Shown one piece after another: positions 49,657-59,483 of a DNA stretch of 64,000 bases (position 1 is the stretch's first letter; each line of letters begins with the position of its first letter). The notes beneath the pieces were generated by a model that saw only the letters and a list, made by a program, of their open reading frames with translations, was not told the DNA's origin and made no database searches. The position numbers and the translations under genes are program-made. The stretch is from Planctomycetota bacterium. Its GTDB lineage: Bacteria; Planctomycetota; UBA8108; SXIK01. The stretch is from contig OZ244999.1 of the NCBI GenBank assembly GCA_965223265.1, positions 8,384,001-8,448,000 of the forward strand, read 5' to 3'.

Positions 49657-51801
49657 CTATCGGCGGCGCCGCTTCTGTCGATAGTCGACCTCACCCGCAC
49701 GTAGCCAAGTCATCGCTGCCGTGAAATAGTCTCGAAGGGGTTCGTTATCTGCGAGCAGTCGCTCGACTTCCAGTTGAACTCGTTGTGCTTCCGCTGTCTT
49801 GTTCGATGCTTCGTACGCGTCCGCGAGCAACTGCATTGTCGTAGGGTCAGCGGGATCGATCGTTAGCAGTCTCTCGCCGAGCTTGATCGCTTCGCCGGCG
49901 CGATCGGCGAGTGTGTATGCAACCATCAGCAATTGACGAGCTCGGACGCTCTGCGGATAGTAACGCGTCGCCTCACTTGCAACACGTACTGCTTCGCGTT
50001 TGTTTTTCTTGAGCAACAATCGACTCAAGTAGACGGAGCTGACGAGCGCTGGAACGCCGGATTTTGCCGCCGAGCGGTAGAGACCGGCGGCTTCGGCGAA
50101 TTCGCCGCGCTTCTCGTGAATGAGGCCATCGTAGAACCGCGCTAGCGTTCGCCCAGCGTGCCTTTTCTTGCTCAGTTTTGCGACTACCGAGCCTGCCTCT
50201 GCGATCAGCGCGTGGTCGGCGGATGCTCCGGTGCTACCGATTGAAGCGAAGCCTGTGCTCTTGAGGCAGGAGCGAACGAAACCCATTCCCGAGGCAACCT
50301 GGAAGGGTCCTTTGAGTTCTCGACGGTAGGCTGCTACCGCGCGATCGAAAGCGTTGTTCGCGGCGAGACTCTGGCCTGCGCGGAATTCTTCTTCTGCCGC
50401 GGCCGAACGAACCCTCCGCGGTGGGAGATTCTGTGCAAACGTGTGAGTTGGTTGGGGTATCGCGAGGAGTGTGTAGTGCGCCATTTCGGCGCCGTCTGCA
50501 GCCACGACGCGAACGACGATGTCGTCCGCTGATGCGTCGACGTCGCGGCGCCAAGTCGTCTTGGGATCGAGATCGAGGCGAACGTGGTAGAGATTCTCTT
50601 GAGCCGACACAACGAAGACGGCGCAGTCCCGCAGTCGTTCTGCTGCGGCGATGGCGATGCGGACGATGTTTCGCCGACCACGAGCGACGCTCAGCGCGAG
50701 CCGCCTATTGGCGAAGACGCAGTTTTCCATGCCCCGAATCTGAAACCAGGAATCATTCGCCTCGATCGCGCTCAGTTCGGGCTGTAGCGAGTGGATCCCC
50801 CACGGGCCTATCGGCGATCCAGTTGTCGTGAAGTGGAGTCTCGGATCCGTCGCTGCGACGGGAGGTCCGTCTACGTGGAGGCGAACGCCCGGAAAACTGT
50901 GTCGATCGAACACACGAACGGCACCCATCTTGGCGCGACGGTCATAGAGGCAGAGGAACGACCGCGAGGGGTTCAGACAGGTTAGATCAAGCCCCACATC
51001 CGGAGTTAGATGGCGCAAAGCGGAGAGGTCGTCACCGCTAGCTGGCCGCACGGCGACAATCCGTTCCTCATCGTCCGAGCGGCGAACACACCAATCTGAC
51101 GGCAGGGTCCATTCGGCACTCTTGGTGCGGTCGTGCGCGGCGATCACCTGCGCGTCAAGAGACCACGGAAACGGGCTCAGGTTTTCGAAGCGGTACTCGA
51201 GGTCGAGTCGCGCCGACTCTGGTGCCAGTAGGACGCGAAAAACAGCTCGCTGGTCGATGGCTGGTGCGGTGAACGACATCGCGACGCCGACGACACCCGC
51301 TGGGCGTTCGATCGACGCCCAGCTCCACACGTCTTTGAAAGTGTTGCCGTTGTCACTGAACGGAAAGTTGACCTCGATTCCTCCTAAGTTCCACTCGTGA
51401 CTCGAGGAGGTCTCGTCCGTATGGAGTTCGAGGTACTTGGCTAGGTGAAAGAGTGACGACTTCGTCGTCTTGTTGTAGACGTCATAAATTCGACCTCCCA
51501 ACTGCGGCAGTAAGCAGCAGCGCAAGTACTCGTTCTCGAGGAAGACGGCGTCATGCGAAACGGGACGGAACTCGCTTGCTCGCTCCTGCGCCGGGATCGT
51601 CGCGTTGTAGGGACCGGTCAAGATGACCTGCTTGCCACTGTACACACGGGCAGGTCGCGGCGGCGCGGCTTCAGCGGTTGTCACCAGAAGCGCGCAGAGT
51701 GCGCAGATGACGGCGACGCGGCCCCTCACCTTGAAGGTGGCACTCGCCGTCTTCACTGAGCGTTGAACATAGGGTGAGATAGATCGAGAGATTGGCTGCA
51801 T
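49657..51801 (-). CDS. DUF5107-like domain + TPR protein
   Basis: VFLENEYL..LLPQLGGRIY, GGIEVNFP; C-terminal TPR helices; N-terminal signal. Confidence 0.72.
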   Translation of the reverse strand: MQPISRSISPYVQRSVKTASATFKVRGRVAVICALCALLVTTAEAAPPRPARVYSGKQVILTGPYNATIPAQERASEFRPVSHDAVFLENEYLRCCLLPQLGGRIYDVYNKTTKSSLFHLAKYLELHTDETSSSHEWNLGGIEVNFPFSDNGNTFKDVWSWASIERPAGVVGVAMSFTAPAIDQRAVFRVLLAPESARLDLEYRFENLSPFPWSLDAQVIAAHDRTKSAEWTLPSDWCVRRSDDEERIVAVRPASGDDLSALRHLTPDVGLDLTCLNPSRSFLCLYDRRAKMGAVRVFDRHSFPGVRLHVDGPPVAATDPRLHFTTTGSPIGPWGIHSLQPELSAIEANDSWFQIRGMENCVFANRRLALSVARGRRNIVRIAIAAAERLRDCAVFVVSAQENLYHVRLDLDPKTTWRRDVDASADDIVVRVVAADGAEMAHYTLLAIPQPTHTFAQNLPPRRVRSAAAEEEFRAGQSLAANNAFDRAVAAYRRELKGPFQVASGMGFVRSCLKSTGFASIGSTGASADHALIAEAGSVVAKLSKKRHAGRTLARFYDGLIHEKRGEFAEAAGLYRSAAKSGVPALVSSVYLSRLLLKKNKREAVRVASEATRYYPQSVRARQLLMVAYTLADRAGEAIKLGERLLTIDPADPTTMQLLADAYEASNKTAEAQRVQLEVERLLADNEPLRDYFTAAMTWLRAGEVDYRQKRRRR

Positions 51802-51882
51802 GGCTTGATCAATCTTGCCGGCGCACCTCGTCGGAGACGTGACGGGAAATCGGCAGGCAAGTATAACCGATCGCGGCTACGT

Positions 51883-52821
51883 TCAGCTCCCGTTGGCTGC
51901 CGTGGTGGCGAACACCTTGTGCGGACGCCATAGGTTTTTTGCCGGATCGAAGCGAAGGATAGCGACGAAGCGGCCGTCAGCTCTCATGCCGCGCACGAGA
52001 GTATCCGGCGCGGGGTCGTCGATGAGAGGGCGCGCGAGGGAGCGACCGTTGATCGCTGCCTCGAGCTCCTCGCTTGAGAGCGTCGCCGACGGAAAGTCGT
52101 CGAGGCAGCTGTCGAACGGCAGGATGATCTCATCGAGGACTTTGCTGCGGTCGCCGCTCTGGAAGTTGGCCTCGACCGTGTCGAGATTCGTCGACAGATT
52201 CAGCGTGAAAGGCCCACTTGCCTCGCGAACGAGTTGCGACAGGTGCGCACCACACCCGAGTGTGGCGCCGAGGTCGTGCGCGAGTGATCGTACATAGGTG
52301 CCGGCTGAACAGACGACACGGAACTCGACGAACGGATCCTGCCAGCCGAGCAGTTCGAGTTGATGGATCACGACACGCCGTGGAGCCAGAGTCACTTCAA
52401 CGCCACGTCGCGCCAGTCGGTGCGCCGGTTGTCCACGGTGCTTGACGGCGGAGTAGACCGGCGGCGTTTGCTCGATCGGGCCGCGAAATGTCTCTAAGGC
52501 GCGCTCCACTTCCGCGTTCTCTACACCGTTGGTCGCGGCGGTCTTGAGGACTTTGCCCTCGGCGTCGTACGTGTCGGTGGTCTTGCCGAGCTCGGCGACA
52601 GCGCGATACTCTTTCGTGTGTCGGGTCAGGTACTCGGCGAGCCGAGTGGCCTTGCCAAGGCAAACGACCAAGACGCCACTGGCGAGTGGATCCAGAGTTC
52701 CGGCGTGCCCAGTCCGCACACCAATCAGCTTGCGCAGGCGCGCGACGACGTCGTGAGACGTCATGCCTGAGGGTTTATTGATGTTGAGAATGCCGTCGAT
52801 CTTCGTTTGCTTTGTTGCCAT
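51883..52821 (-). CDS. truB: tRNA pseudouridine(55) synthase
   Basis: GILNINKPSGMTSHDVV, GHAGTLDPLASGVL, TTDTYDAEG, QTPPVYSAVK, CSAGTYVRSLAHDLG. Confidence 0.95.
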   Translation of the reverse strand: MATKQTKIDGILNINKPSGMTSHDVVARLRKLIGVRTGHAGTLDPLASGVLVVCLGKATRLAEYLTRHTKEYRAVAELGKTTDTYDAEGKVLKTAATNGVENAEVERALETFRGPIEQTPPVYSAVKHRGQPAHRLARRGVEVTLAPRRVVIHQLELLGWQDPFVEFRVVCSAGTYVRSLAHDLGATLGCGAHLSQLVREASGPFTLNLSTNLDTVEANFQSGDRSKVLDEIILPFDSCLDDFPSATLSSEELEAAINGRSLARPLIDDPAPDTLVRGMRADGRFVAILRFDPAKNLWRPHKVFATTAANGS

Positions 52822-53842
52822 CTGATCTCTTTGTCGTCGCCGCAATGTTTGCGCCGGATCTCCTCGTCGATCGTCGAGAAAGGTGTTCGCCGGGGGTGGA
52901 TTGACTCCGCGCCAACACCTCAAACCAGCGACAGGCACGGATCGGTCGGCCAAGGCGCGACTCCAACCGTCTTGAGTCTAAACTGACGTCCCCAATCCGC
53001 GGCGGTCCGTTCACTTCTTCCACACGTCTCAGTCGCTTGAGAAGTGACGGGTGGTAGCCTCCGTACTCGACGACCAGCTGTCCGATTTCGTAGAGGCTGT
53101 AACGCCGCGGTCCACCCAAGTGGAAGAGCCCTTTCAGCCGTTCCCGCATGCACGCGAGTACGACGTCAGCCACTTCTTCACAGTCGATGCAGCTTCGCCA
53201 CTCGTCGACAAAGAGCGTCGCCGGCCGGCCGCGGCGAAAACGGCCCTCAATCCAGTCGACTGCGCCCTTGGACCCGAGAAGTGACTCGCCCATCGGCAAT
53301 CCGAGCCGTAGCGTTAGGTGAGACGTTTCTGAGAGTTCGCGTTCAGCCTCGGCATAGGTTTCACCGACGACGCTGATCGGACGCGGCGCGTCGATCTCGC
53401 GATACCCACGACGGGGCGTGTCCTCACCGTCGAAGACCAGGTCGGTGCTTAGGTAGATGATCGAACTCTCGTCGCCAAAGATCCGGACGATGTTTCGCGT
53501 CCCGTCTCGGTTCATCGCGCGAGCCCATCGAGGTCGTTCTTGGCACACGTCAAGATCGCAGACGCCGGCAGCGTGAACCACGAAGTCGGGTCGGAACTCG
53601 TCACGGAGCTTTGCCAAGATCTCGCAATTGGTGATGCAGGCGCTACGGACGTTGGGCGCTTCGGGTTGGCGCGACTTCGGTGGGCGGATCGCGACAAGGT
53701 TTTTGGGGCCAAGCTCCGTCGACAGACGGCGAAAGATCGGCCAGCCATGAATGGACGTGACACCGGTGACAAGAACTCGCGGGCCCCAGTGCGGTTCAGC
53801 TGAGCTCGTCGGTGTTTGCGAGAAGGAATCAGTTGAAGTCAC
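52775..53842 (-). CDS. RmlD-like extended SDR (sugar-nucleotide-binding) protein with degenerate catalytic motif
   Basis: VLVTG, VVHAAG, YLSTDLVFDG, YRE.D.P.P, LF.DEWR, GLFHLGG, DVSLDS. The YxxxK motif is replaced by VGETY. Confidence 0.78.
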   Translation of the reverse strand: MTSTDSFSQTPTSSAEPHWGPRVLVTGVTSIHGWPIFRRLSTELGPKNLVAIRPPKSRQPEAPNVRSACITNCEILAKLRDEFRPDFVVHAAGVCDLDVCQERPRWARAMNRDGTRNIVRIFGDESSIIYLSTDLVFDGEDTPRRGYREIDAPRPISVVGETYAEAERELSETSHLTLRLGLPMGESLLGSKGAVDWIEGRFRRGRPATLFVDEWRSCIDCEEVADVVLACMRERLKGLFHLGGPRRYSLYEIGQLVVEYGGYHPSLLKRLRRVEEVNGPPRIGDVSLDSRRLESRLGRPIRACRWFEVLARSQSTPGEHLSRRSTRRSGANIAATTKRSDGNKANEDRRHSQHQ

Positions 53843-54864
53843 GTATCGTTCTTACGGGCTCGCGCTATCGTCCAAGCTCGTCCGGCTACGTCGGTTCGAA
53901 ACGTCTCGACGTTGCCCTGGTCTGCTACGGTCACGTAACAGGTTCGCCCGTCCGGTCCACCGAAGGCGATATTCGTCGGATTCTTTCCCGCCAGTTTCAC
54001 CTCACGCAGGACCTCCCCATCGGGCGAGACGATGGCGACGGTGCCCTTCTGATGTCTCGTGATGTACAGATTGCCAGCGGCGTCGCAGCGCATGCCATCC
54101 ATGCCGAAGTCAGGGAACTGAATCAACAAGCGTTTGTTGAGTACGTTCTTCTTGTCATCGAGATCAAACGCCCAGACGTTTCTCTGCACCGATTCATTCA
54201 CGTAGAGGACCTTGTCGTCGGGGCTCACTTCGACGCCGTTCGTTGTTCCCATCCCCGCGCGCAGGAGCGTCACCTCACCGTTCGGTCGTATGCGCCAGAT
54301 GTTGCCAGTACTCGCACCCCAGTTGGGATCGCTGGCGAACACCGTGTCGTCACCCGCGATGGATAGATCGTTTGGTTGGTTCATCTCGTCGTTGTGAGCC
54401 AGCGTGGTGATCTCGCTCGTGCGCATGTTGACTTTAAGAACATTGTGATTGACGTAGTCGGCGATCAGCATGTTGCCGCGACTGTCGAAGCGAATGCCGT
54501 TCCCCGTGCTACCGTTGGGAAGACGGAGAAACACCGTCGCCCGACCCTTCGGTGTGACCATGCCGATCGTCATCTGCTGCTTGAAGTTGACTGCGTACAG
54601 ATTACCGTGCGCATCAACCGCCGGACCTTCAGCGCCGCTAGTAAACGTGTGTGGGGCGGTGAATGCCTCAGCGACAAAAAGCTCTTGCTCAGCCGCGGTG
54701 ACCGTCACCGAGGCACCGGAAACGAAGAATACGATCGCGAGAGCGAGCCGACACCTCCACGGAGAACCACTGCTAGATAGGAGCGTTGGCGTGGTGACGT
54801 CGCAGGCGCGACTGCGCTCGTGGCTGCGCTGCTGGAAAGTGGGTTGTTGGTTTCGCGTCTGCAT
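53839..54864 (-). CDS. SMP-30/gluconolactonase/LRE family protein
   Basis: EGPAVD, GNGIRFD, NQPNDL, NGVEVSPD, DGMRCD..GNLY, TNIAFGG. Confidence 0.9.
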   Translation of the reverse strand: MQTRNQQPTFQQRSHERSRACDVTTPTLLSSSGSPWRCRLALAIVFFVSGASVTVTAAEQELFVAEAFTAPHTFTSGAEGPAVDAHGNLYAVNFKQQMTIGMVTPKGRATVFLRLPNGSTGNGIRFDSRGNMLIADYVNHNVLKVNMRTSEITTLAHNDEMNQPNDLSIAGDDTVFASDPNWGASTGNIWRIRPNGEVTLLRAGMGTTNGVEVSPDDKVLYVNESVQRNVWAFDLDDKKNVLNKRLLIQFPDFGMDGMRCDAAGNLYITRHQKGTVAIVSPDGEVLREVKLAGKNPTNIAFGGPDGRTCYVTVADQGNVETFRTDVAGRAWTIARARKNDT

Positions 54865-54929
54865 ATTTGATCCTCCTGATGTCGCGGTCTTCGTCGTCTG
54901 TGCAAGTTCGGCGACGCGATCTCTTGTCG

Positions 54930-56252
54930 TTACTCGTCTGGTGTCAGGCGTGACGCTCCGCGAACCACGGACTCGACGACCACTCCGCCGAGCGTGGCAC
55001 CGTAAAAGCTCACGCTCGCCTCGTATCCGCCGCGCGTGTACTGTTCTTCAGAGAGCATATAGCTGATCCATTCGTCTGCGAGACCTCCGATCACGGGGTA
55101 CTTGGCCCCGGTGGCGGCACCGACTCGCTCTTTGATCGTCGTTCCGAGGCCGGCTGCCAATTCTCCTGGGACGCCGGCGATCAACAGATCGTTGAGGCGC
55201 AGCGACACCGATCGCGACTCCGGAGGCACCATCCGTTCGAGAACGACGCGGATGATCTTTTCGCTTAGCCCATACTCCGCGCCGCCCGTCTGCAAGAAAT
55301 CCGGATGCCAAGTTCGATCAGGCAGGCCGATGGGTTCGGCGTGCGTATGAAAAGTTTCTAGCGGGCGTGGGCGCAGCTTTCGCCACTCCTGCGTCACGAT
55401 GATTCCCAGTTCCCGACCGTATCTTTCGGCGCGTTCCCAACTGCTCGGCCCAGAATCAGGGCGCGCTCGCGGTGCTTGGTCGCCCTCGGCGCCGTTGTAG
55501 TACATGGCTGTTAGCGGCTCGCCAGCGAGGGCCTCCACGGTGCGCTGCAGATGTCCCGGCCAACCACCCGAAAACATCATGTCCTTGGCACCCATGAAAG
55601 TGGGGTGCGCAGTCCAGTTGACGAGCACGGCGAGTGGTTTGAGCGTGCTGTCGTCCACATGATCGATTCTCGTGACGGTGAGATCCTGGTCGGTCTCGAC
55701 ACTGTCGTCGCGGCGGTTCCGGTTCCAACCTTGAAGCTGAATGCGCGTCGTGGCAACGCCGATTGGGACGGTCTTTGCTGTCGCTCGCGTGACGACGTCG
55801 GCGAGGCGATCCAGCGTGAACTCTAGGAGCGGCCGACTGAAAATGCCAATTTGCGGAATGTTGAAAGCATTCTTCTCATGCAGAGCGTTCATTTCCATGC
55901 TCGTGTGGGCATGGCTCGGCAGCAATAGCAGTTCGTCGGCCTTCCAACCTCCCGTCTGTAGCCTACGAACCAAGGCCGCTTTGAATCCCGGCGGGAATCC
56001 GAGCATGTCTGCGGTCACCAACGCGAACCTACGTTCGCCGGCCACGAACACGAGAGCTTTGGCGACGAGGCGATCGTGCACGCCGATCGCCGGTTTGCTC
56101 ATGCGTGCGCCGTAGCCGCCAAGTGTTGCCTTCAGGTCCTCGGGAGGAGTGATGTCTACGCGTGCGACACCGCCTTCGACGCCGGCGAAACCGGGACGAC
56201 TGATCAGAAACAGTACAGCGAATAACACCTTCATCGCGAGCAGTGGACGCAT
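54930..56252 (-). CDS. Neutral/alkaline ceramidase N-terminal domain family protein
   Basis: GVARVDITP, LGGY, HDRL.AKAL, SHAHT, NRNR, NWTAHPT, NGAEGD, VPGE, YEA. Confidence 0.82.
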   Translation of the reverse strand: MRPLLAMKVLFAVLFLISRPGFAGVEGGVARVDITPPEDLKATLGGYGARMSKPAIGVHDRLVAKALVFVAGERRFALVTADMLGFPPGFKAALVRRLQTGGWKADELLLLPSHAHTSMEMNALHEKNAFNIPQIGIFSRPLLEFTLDRLADVVTRATAKTVPIGVATTRIQLQGWNRNRRDDSVETDQDLTVTRIDHVDDSTLKPLAVLVNWTAHPTFMGAKDMMFSGGWPGHLQRTVEALAGEPLTAMYYNGAEGDQAPRARPDSGPSSWERAERYGRELGIIVTQEWRKLRPRPLETFHTHAEPIGLPDRTWHPDFLQTGGAEYGLSEKIIRVVLERMVPPESRSVSLRLNDLLIAGVPGELAAGLGTTIKERVGAATGAKYPVIGGLADEWISYMLSEEQYTRGGYEASVSFYGATLGGVVVESVVRGASRLTPDE

Positions 56253-56396
56253 TGGTAACTCTGGGTCATGTTTGAACAGGGCCGGGGGGGAGTACGAAGG
56301 GTCGATAACGTTTTGCGGCGGAACGATTCGCCGCTCGGGGCGGCCGCCCGGGTTGCGCCGTCAGCGTCACCTCATCTGAACAGGAGAGCCTCGGTC

Positions 56397-56810
56397 ATGA
56401 AAGGAAAACTCAAGAGCGTCATCATCTTCGCTGTGGCGATCAGTGGTGTCATCGGCTGGAAGTTCTACAACAAGAGCCAAGCGAGTAGTGAAACGAAAGA
56501 GCAGGTCCGGGCGTTGCTCGTCGCGTTGCCGGAGTATCCTGCGCATGCAGACTACTTCAACGAGCTTCTTGATCGGTCGCACGAAGACGCGTTCTCGGCT
56601 GCCTACCAAATGGGGGGGCGTCGCCGAGGTGCTTCGTTCGATGCCGAGAAATACCTGCAGGTTGTGTTCGCCAACATGGTGGAGCATGCACGGGCCGACG
56701 GTCGCGCTGACCTCGTTGCGGCGCTCACGAGTGGTGCGCACGGCGAGGTCGCTCCAGCATCGGAGACGGAATCGACACCGGTGGAAGGCAGTTCCACAAG
56801 CCGTTCGTAG
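56397..56810 (+). CDS. Hypothetical protein with N-terminal membrane anchor
   Basis: AGGAG RBS, then MKGKLKSVIIFAVAISGVIGW; fills the gap between two minus-strand genes. Confidence 0.6.
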   Translation: MKGKLKSVIIFAVAISGVIGWKFYNKSQASSETKEQVRALLVALPEYPAHADYFNELLDRSHEDAFSAAYQMGGRRRGASFDAEKYLQVVFANMVEHARADGRADLVAALTSGAHGEVAPASETESTPVEGSSTSRS

Positions 56811-56915
56811 GAACAGTTCTTGTTTGCGAGGCTCGACCTGGCGTCGCGTCGGCGTTTGAGGCGATAAGGAAGAACGTGCCCCAGCTATGATTCCGTGACA
56901 CCGGCTGACGTCGGA

Positions 56916-58409
56916 TCAAGCGATCAGATCCTCGACGACCTGGCCGTGAACATCCGTCAAACGGAAGTCACGCCCGGCGTGGCGGAAGGTGAGCCGTTCG
57001 TGGTCAAAACCGAGTAGGTGAAGGATCGTCGCGTGCAGGTCGTGGACGTGCACGTGGTCTTCCACCGCGCGGTAGCCGAAGTCGTCGGTCGCGCCATGGA
57101 CGTAGCCGCCGCGCACGCCACCCCCCGCGAGCCAGAGGCTGAATCCCCAGTGGTTGTGGTCACGCCCGAGCTTTGGGTTGCCAGTCCCTGGCTGCGGCAG
57201 CTCGACCGCTGGGGTGCGACCGAACTCGCCGCCACAGATGACGAGAGTCTCGTCGAACAGGCCGAGTTGTTTGAGGTCGCTGAGTAATGCTGCGATGCCC
57301 TGATCGCACTCGCGCGCCAGTCTGCCGTGATGGCGCTCGATCTCGCGGTGGCTGTCCCACGGTTGCCCGTTGCCGTGGTAGAGCTGGACGTACCGCACGC
57401 CGCGTTCCACTAGACGGCGTGCGATCAGTAGCTGCCGCGCCTGAAGGCTGTCGCCGTAAGCAGCTCGGACGTGTTGTGGCTCACTGCTGATATCAAACGC
57501 GTCCGACGCGGCGAGTTGCATTCGGAAGGCGAGTTCGAAAGATTGAATCCGGGCTTCGATCGCCGCGTCCTCCGGGCGCTCTCTTTGATGACGTCGATTG
57601 AGATCGGCGAGGAGGTCGAGCTGACGGCGCTGCGCACTCCGCGGGACGTGGTGATTCGTGATGTTCTCGATGAGCTTCTCAACGTCGGAGTGCTGCGTGT
57701 TGATGTGGGTGCCTTGAAAAATGCCGGGCAGGAACGCAGCGCGCCAATTCGAGACGTCTGCCACCGGCAGGCCTGGGCACATAGCGATGAATCCCGGCAG
57801 CTGCTCGTTCTCCGAGCCGAGCCCATACATCAGCCAGGCGCCGAGACTTGGCCGTGATAGTCGCTCGTCGCCGCAGTTCATGAGCCGCATCGATTGTTCA
57901 TGATTCGGCGTGTTGGCGTACATCGAGCGGATGATGCAGAGGTCATCGATGTGGGCGGCTGTCTTGGAAAAGATCTCGCTCATCTCGATGCCGCTCTGGC
58001 CGTAGCGTTTGAAACCAAAGGGGGATGGCAGAGCGCCGCCTGTCGGGCGTTCGGTCGCCAAGTTGCCCGTTGGAATCGTCTTGCCGGCGTATTTTCTCAG
58101 CAGTGGCTTCGGATCGAATGTGTCGACGTGAGACGGGCCACCGTTGAGATAGATATGGATGACATGCTTGGCGCGTGCTCTGAAGTGTGGCCGCTTTGCC
58201 GTCAGCGGATTGCCTGCCTTGGACGCGGTCGTCGCGGGCGCTGCGTCGACGCGGTTGCCGTCGAGCAGAGCGGCTAGACCGAGCATGCCGAAGCCAACGC
58301 CTATACGCTCGAGCGCAGCGCGGCGAGAAAACGGGGATGCGTCGACGTACGGCGGGCTCGCCACCGGTCGTTGTTTCGGCGGAGTGTTTGGGCTTGGTTC
58401 AGTGGTCAC
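56916..58409 (-). CDS. DUF1501 domain protein (Tat-exported)
   Basis: SRRAAL..GFG; AKHVI.IYLNGGPSHVDTFDPKP, ARRLVERGVR, WDSH, GEFGRTP, GRDHN, RLTDVHG. Start uncertain (58409 or 58508). Confidence 0.92.
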   Translation of the reverse strand: MTTEPSPNTPPKQRPVASPPYVDASPFSRRAALERIGVGFGMLGLAALLDGNRVDAAPATTASKAGNPLTAKRPHFRARAKHVIHIYLNGGPSHVDTFDPKPLLRKYAGKTIPTGNLATERPTGGALPSPFGFKRYGQSGIEMSEIFSKTAAHIDDLCIIRSMYANTPNHEQSMRLMNCGDERLSRPSLGAWLMYGLGSENEQLPGFIAMCPGLPVADVSNWRAAFLPGIFQGTHINTQHSDVEKLIENITNHHVPRSAQRRQLDLLADLNRRHQRERPEDAAIEARIQSFELAFRMQLAASDAFDISSEPQHVRAAYGDSLQARQLLIARRLVERGVRYVQLYHGNGQPWDSHREIERHHGRLARECDQGIAALLSDLKQLGLFDETLVICGGEFGRTPAVELPQPGTGNPKLGRDHNHWGFSLWLAGGGVRGGYVHGATDDFGYRAVEDHVHVHDLHATILHLLGFDHERLTFRHAGRDFRLTDVHGQVVEDLIA

Positions 58410-58568
58410 TTGTCTTTCCACAGGGGCGGCCTGTCGGTTCCCTGGACAGCGCTGCGTTTCACCCCCTCCGTTGTACCCGTCCGGTCGCCGCTGATCAATG
58501 AACGTCAACGACGCTTCCGTGCCGATGGCGAACAGACCTTCACAGGGCGAGCGCCGGCGACCTGTCCA

Positions 58569-59483
58569 TCACTTTGGCGTCGCTTCGATCTCGATTGTGG
58601 TAGGTGCGCCGTGCGCCACCTCGATCTCCACAGACGCCTGCAGATCACCGTCCGCGTGGTGCACATGAAGCTTCCACGTTCCCGCGGGCACGGAGTCGAT
58701 TCGAAATGCTCCCGCCGCGTCGGTGACGGCGAAGGCGCGATGCTCAAAAACATAGATCCAGGCACGCATCCATTCATGGAGATCGCATTCGATGCGAATC
58801 GGTTTGCCGCCAGTTGCGCGCTGAAAGCGATGCTCCAGAATCGTTCCCCCTGGGCTACCGAGATTGAACTCATGACCGCGCGTCCAGGAATGGATGTTGT
58901 GATTGGCGATGTCTGAGTTCGTGAACTCGATCGGCTGCCCGCGACGCAGCGCCAGAACATGTGGTACGAACATCCAGTTGCGTTGATCGAGACGAAGAGG
59001 TGGCAATACGCTCTTCGCCTCGGAGTCGTCCGGAAAACTGTCGACCCAAACGGCGGCCTGGCTCAACCCTCTCGTCGACTCATCGACGCGGATGGTGTGG
59101 GCCGGCAGTGTTCCGGCTTCCGGCACGACGATCGTGGACTTCGTGGGCAGTTCGCCGCGGTAGACGACGCGACCGGCAATCGAACCGACGCCGCGCCTCC
59201 GGTGCCCGCCCGGTTCCTCCGCCTCGGCGGGAGCGACCGAGCTGGTCCGGACCGCTCCTTCTTTTGTATCGTGTTCTTCCTTCGGGTCGTTGTTCGCTGC
59301 GAGTGCAGGTGGGTCGGCAGGAGTCGATGACGGAGATTCGCGTCGACTGCAGCCGAGTGCCAGAAGGAGCCCAAGCACCAACCACAAGCCCGGAAGAATC
59401 GACGACCAGCCACCATTTCGTCCCACAGTACCCCTCGAGTTCGGCCACCTCGCGTCAAGCTGAAGAGTGCCAACTAACATCAA
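58569..59483 (-). CDS. Lipoprotein with cupredoxin-like and carboxypeptidase-regulatory-like domains
   Basis: LALGC lipobox; LDQ...FVPHV, NSD..HNIH, IECDLHEWM (type-1 Cu-like ligands), AVTD..GAFRI..VPAG.W. Confidence 0.75.
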   Translation of the reverse strand: MMLVGTLQLDARWPNSRGTVGRNGGWSSILPGLWLVLGLLLALGCSRRESPSSTPADPPALAANNDPKEEHDTKEGAVRTSSVAPAEAEEPGGHRRRGVGSIAGRVVYRGELPTKSTIVVPEAGTLPAHTIRVDESTRGLSQAAVWVDSFPDDSEAKSVLPPLRLDQRNWMFVPHVLALRRGQPIEFTNSDIANHNIHSWTRGHEFNLGSPGGTILEHRFQRATGGKPIRIECDLHEWMRAWIYVFEHRAFAVTDAAGAFRIDSVPAGTWKLHVHHADGDLQASVEIEVAHGAPTTIEIEATPK

